Part shown: positions 61,040 through 64,000 of the stretch, piece by piece
How the letters are laid out: each line of letters opens with the position of its first letter
Position numbering within the stretch: the first letter of the stretch is position 1
NCBI GenBank assembly: GCA_964647535.1
Contig: CAZYGE010000004.1
Span: 6,870-70,869 of the forward strand
Direction of reading: 5' to 3'
Length of the DNA stretch: 64,000 nt
Source of the DNA: an uncultured Proteiniphilum sp.
Lineage (GTDB): Bacteria; Bacteroidota; Bacteroidia; Bacteroidales; Dysgonomonadaceae
Made by a program: the position numbers and the translations under genes
The notes under the pieces: model-generated
What the model was told of the DNA's origin: nothing
Seen by the model: the letters and a program-made list of their open reading frames with translations, nothing else
The model's database searches: none

Positions 61040-62515
61040 TTAATTTTTCTTTTTTGATGATAAGTGCTCATGCATAGACATTGCAGCTCTTCTGCCATCA
61101 CCCATAGCAAGAATTACGGTAGCACCTCCACGAACAATATCGCCACCTGCAAATATTAAATTATCTGCAGTTTGCATTGTATCGCTATTTACAACTATCG
61201 TCCCCCAGGAAGTAATTTCTAAGCCGGTAAAAGATTGCGGTATAAGTGGGTTAGGGGAGACCCCTACGCTAACAATAACTTCATCAACCTCCATATATTG
61301 CGTTGCACCTTCAATAGGCACAGGTCTGCGTCTGCCGGACTGGTCGGGTTCGCCCAACTCCATCTTCTGCAGCAACATCTTTTGTACTCTGCCACGTTCA
61401 TTACCCTCGTATCTTAGAGGATTGTGAAGTGTATAAAATTCAATTCCTTCCTCTTTGGCATGCTTTATCTCTTCAATTCTTGCAGGCATTTCTGCTTCCG
61501 TTCGTCTATATATAATAGAAGCCTTTTCGGCGCCTAACCTTTTGGCTGTACGTACGGCATCCATTGCGGTATTACCACCACCAATCACTGCAACTTTCTT
61601 TCCTTTATATACCGGAGTATCGCTTTCAGGATCACCTGCACCCATAAGATTAACACGAGTCAGATATTCGTTGCACGACATCACCCCAATAAGGTTCTCT
61701 CCTGGGATATTCATAAAATTAGGCAACCCTGCACCACTTCCTACAAAAACAGCCTTAAAACCCTCTTCTTTCAAGTCCTCTTGCGATATTGTTTTACCAA
61801 CAACACAGTTGGTTATAAACTTCACACCCATTTTGCCAAGCACATTAATCTCAACATCTACAATATCATTTGGTAATCTAAATTCGGGAATTCCATATCT
61901 CAGAACCCCTCCTAGCTCATGAAGTGCTTCAAACACAGTTACACCATAGCCCAGCTTAGCCATATCTCCTGCAAAAGCTAACCCTGCGGGACCTGAACCC
62001 ACTACGGCAATTTTAACGCCATTAGAGGGCATAATTTCAGGAATAGAAATCTTACCACTCTCTCGCTCATAATCTGCAGCAAATCGCTCCAAATGACCAA
62101 TGGCAACAGATTCTTTCTTAAGTTTTTTAGTATAAAAACAGCTATTCTCACATTGTCTTTCTTGAGGACAAACCCTTCCACAAACAGCAGGTAAAGCACT
62201 TGTTTCTTTTAGAACTTTTGCCGCTTTAAGAAACTCGCCACGCTCAATATTTTTTATGAATTTAGGGATATTAATTTCTACAGGACAGCCACTAATACAG
62301 GTTGGATCTACACAGTCAAGACATCTGCGAGATTCATTCCGGGCTAATTTTTCAGTAAGCCCCAAATTCACCTCATCATAGCTGGCACTTCTAACAACAG
62401 GGTCTATTTCAGGCATTTTCACCCTTGGAATAGCAATACGATCTTTATTCTTCATGGTTTTCCGAATAACTTCACGCCACTCGGCAGATCTCTCAACTTT
62501 TAAATATTCACTCAT
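61040..62515 (-). CDS. nfnB: NfnB/SudA-type large subunit of NADH-dependent ferredoxin:NADP+ oxidoreductase (often labelled gltA/gltD-like)
   Basis: RCLDC..P.C..GCP, CGRVCPQE.QCE, GSGPAG, GGGNTAMD, GGDIVRG.ATVI.A; ORF track start 62545. Confidence 0.85.
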   Translation of the reverse strand: MSEYLKVERSAEWREVIRKTMKNKDRIAIPRVKMPEIDPVVRSASYDEVNLGLTEKLARNESRRCLDCVDPTCISGCPVEINIPKFIKNIERGEFLKAAKVLKETSALPAVCGRVCPQERQCENSCFYTKKLKKESVAIGHLERFAADYERESGKISIPEIMPSNGVKIAVVGSGPAGLAFAGDMAKLGYGVTVFEALHELGGVLRYGIPEFRLPNDIVDVEINVLGKMGVKFITNCVVGKTISQEDLKEEGFKAVFVGSGAGLPNFMNIPGENLIGVMSCNEYLTRVNLMGAGDPESDTPVYKGKKVAVIGGGNTAMDAVRTAKRLGAEKASIIYRRTEAEMPARIEEIKHAKEEGIEFYTLHNPLRYEGNERGRVQKMLLQKMELGEPDQSGRRRPVPIEGATQYMEVDEVIVSVGVSPNPLIPQSFTGLEITSWGTIVVNSDTMQTADNLIFAGGDIVRGGATVILAMGDGRRAAMSMHEHLSSKKKN

Positions 62516-62531
62516 AAATCCACCTGTTTCT

Positions 62532-63314
62532 TCAGTTATATGCATTTAGCCTCATTAACATCTCATCAAAATCAACCTTGTGAGCATTAAATTCCGGTCC
62601 GTCTATACAGACGAATTTTGTTTCGCCTCCCACAGTTACACGGCATGCACCACACATCCCTGTTCCATCAACCATAATTGTATTCAAAGAAGCAACTGTA
62701 GGAACATTATATTTCTCTGTCAATTTTGACACAAACTTCATCATAATTGCCGGTCCAATCGTTACGCACAAATCAACTTTCTCACGCTCAATAACTTTTT
62801 CTACACCATCAGTCACGAGCCCTTTTTCGCCATACGTACCGTCGTCTGTCATGATAACAACATAATCAGAGTGTTCTCGTATCTTATCTTCCAAAATAAT
62901 TAAATCTTTGGAACGTGCCGCAATAACCGTCACAACTCTGTTACCGGCCATTTTCATTGCCTCAATAATCGGTAGCATGGGCGCAACACCCACGCCGCCA
63001 CCTGCACACACAACAGTGCCAAAATTCTCAACATGAGTAGCTTTACCAAGAGGACCTACCATATCGGTAATATATTCTCCCGGCTCGAGTTTGCAGAGCT
63101 TTTCAGAAGATTTTCCAACGCGCTGAACAACCAATGTAATCGTACCTTTAGTTTCGTCTGCAGATGCAATTGTGTAGGGAACTCTCTCGCCTTTTTTACC
63201 AATCCTTACGATTACGAAATGACCTGCACGCCTACTTTTAGCAATAAGCGGAGCTTCAACTTCAAAACGCACAACTTTCTCGGAAAGAAACTCTTTTGCC
63301 AATATTTTATTCAT
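62532..63314 (-). CDS. nfnA: NfnA/SudB-type small subunit (FAD/NAD-binding, 2Fe-2S)
   Basis: GER.P.TI, GPLG, GGGVG.AP, DGTGMCGACRV...C.DGP; ORF track start 63329. Confidence 0.85.
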   Translation of the reverse strand: MNKILAKEFLSEKVVRFEVEAPLIAKSRRAGHFVIVRIGKKGERVPYTIASADETKGTITLVVQRVGKSSEKLCKLEPGEYITDMVGPLGKATHVENFGTVVCAGGGVGVAPMLPIIEAMKMAGNRVVTVIAARSKDLIILEDKIREHSDYVVIMTDDGTYGEKGLVTDGVEKVIEREKVDLCVTIGPAIMMKFVSKLTEKYNVPTVASLNTIMVDGTGMCGACRVTVGGETKFVCIDGPEFNAHKVDFDEMLMRLNAYN

Positions 63315-63382
63315 AATCAGTGCTCTCAAATGTTTGTTTTAAAACCATTCACTCTTCAATCCAATCACAGCTTTTATATTAG

Positions 63383-64000
63383 CTAAAAAGTCAACAATAA
63401 CTCCAACGTAATTTTGTCAGAATCCATCTGCTCCTCTAGTGCGAAAATTGTCATTGGGTTATTTATGATATACCGCTCATAATCTAATCTTATGATAGTA
63501 TTAAATGTATTACCTGCAAGATCAAACCCCAACCCAACAGTAAATCTGTTTGTGTCAAAACCTTCCTCATTATGAGTTTCGTCAATAGCGTCCCAACGCA
63601 GTGCAGGCAAAAAATGATCAAAATATCTCGATTTAATCGGCACCTTGTAAGCTGCCTGAATATAATAAGAGAGCAAATCGTTATGATACTCAGTATTACT
63701 CTCTTTTTTCATTATTTCCGTTTCAATCTTGAAGTTATTTATTTCATAGCGCAAGTCGGCTCCATAAACTAAAAAGTGCGTTGTGTCATTCCTTAAATAA
63801 TCAAAAAACTTAGTAGTAAATCTTAGTCCCTCCATGTTGCCAAGTTCCAGTCTACCCCCATACGACAAATTCTTCTTCCATACCGGATCATTAATTGCAT
63901 TACCGTTATACACACCAAATTCTAGCTTTGTCGGCACAACACCCATGTTAAAGTTATACTTTGCATTAACGCCCAAATCGCGAGTACTCAAAAAGTATTT
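63383..64000 (-). CDS. Outer-membrane porin-like protein, 5'-truncated by the window edge
   Basis: Frame open to the window end; RDLG, G.YNG, amphipathic beta strands, C-terminal Phe. Confidence 0.6.
   Translation of the reverse strand, partial: KYFLSTRDLGVNAKYNFNMGVVPTKLEFGVYNGNAINDPVWKKNLSYGGRLELGNMEGLRFTTKFFDYLRNDTTHFLVYGADLRYEINNFKIETEIMKKESNTEYHNDLLSYYIQAAYKVPIKSRYFDHFLPALRWDAIDETHNEEGFDTNRFTVGLGFDLAGNTFNTIIRLDYERYIINNPMTIFALEEQMDSDKITLELLLTF

Noticed and set aside
62515-62545. Frameshift splitting a fused nfnA-nfnB gene
   Set aside because: No slippery run at the junction, and nfnB has its own ATG 16 nt after the nfnA stop; split NfnAB is the common form.
228-63772. Many 60-155 aa ORFs antisense to or nested in annotated genes
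   Set aside because: They are shadows of well-supported genes and carry no recognisable motifs.
1-64000. CRISPR array, transposase, integrase, prophage or defence genes
   Set aside because: No repeat-spacer periodicity, and no ORF carries recognisable motifs for these functions.

Overview
AT-rich chromosomal window from an anaerobic Bacteroidales bacterium. Gene content and many TAnnTTTG promoter boxes support Bacteroidetes; a Dysgonomonadaceae-like (Fermentimonas/Proteiniphilum-type) origin is my inference. Most of it is core genome: clpB, trkAH, dxs, recQ, tig-clpP-clpX, fabG, galM-transporter-galK, carA plus two tandem carB, tRNA-Gln, tyrS, pdxB and nfnAB. The first ~9 kb looks accessory or stress-related. 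I see no CRISPR array, transposase, integrase, prophage or recognisable defence system, and I cannot show a clearly new multi-gene system. Best leads: (1) an ftcD-pnuC-cyclodeaminase operon with no hut genes in the window; (2) sigma54-type -24/-12 boxes before clpP and clpB; (3) a recurring (G/A)AAC-N16-18-GTT ECF-like motif before general-stress-type genes; (4) a two-gene GT4 operon with an uncharacterised fused domain; (5) a 3-ketoglycoside-pathway operon; (6) an exact 18-bp duplication of the recQ 3' end; (7) tandem carB paralogues, one with a repeat-derived insertion. All product calls come from recognising motifs by eye; no database searches were run.
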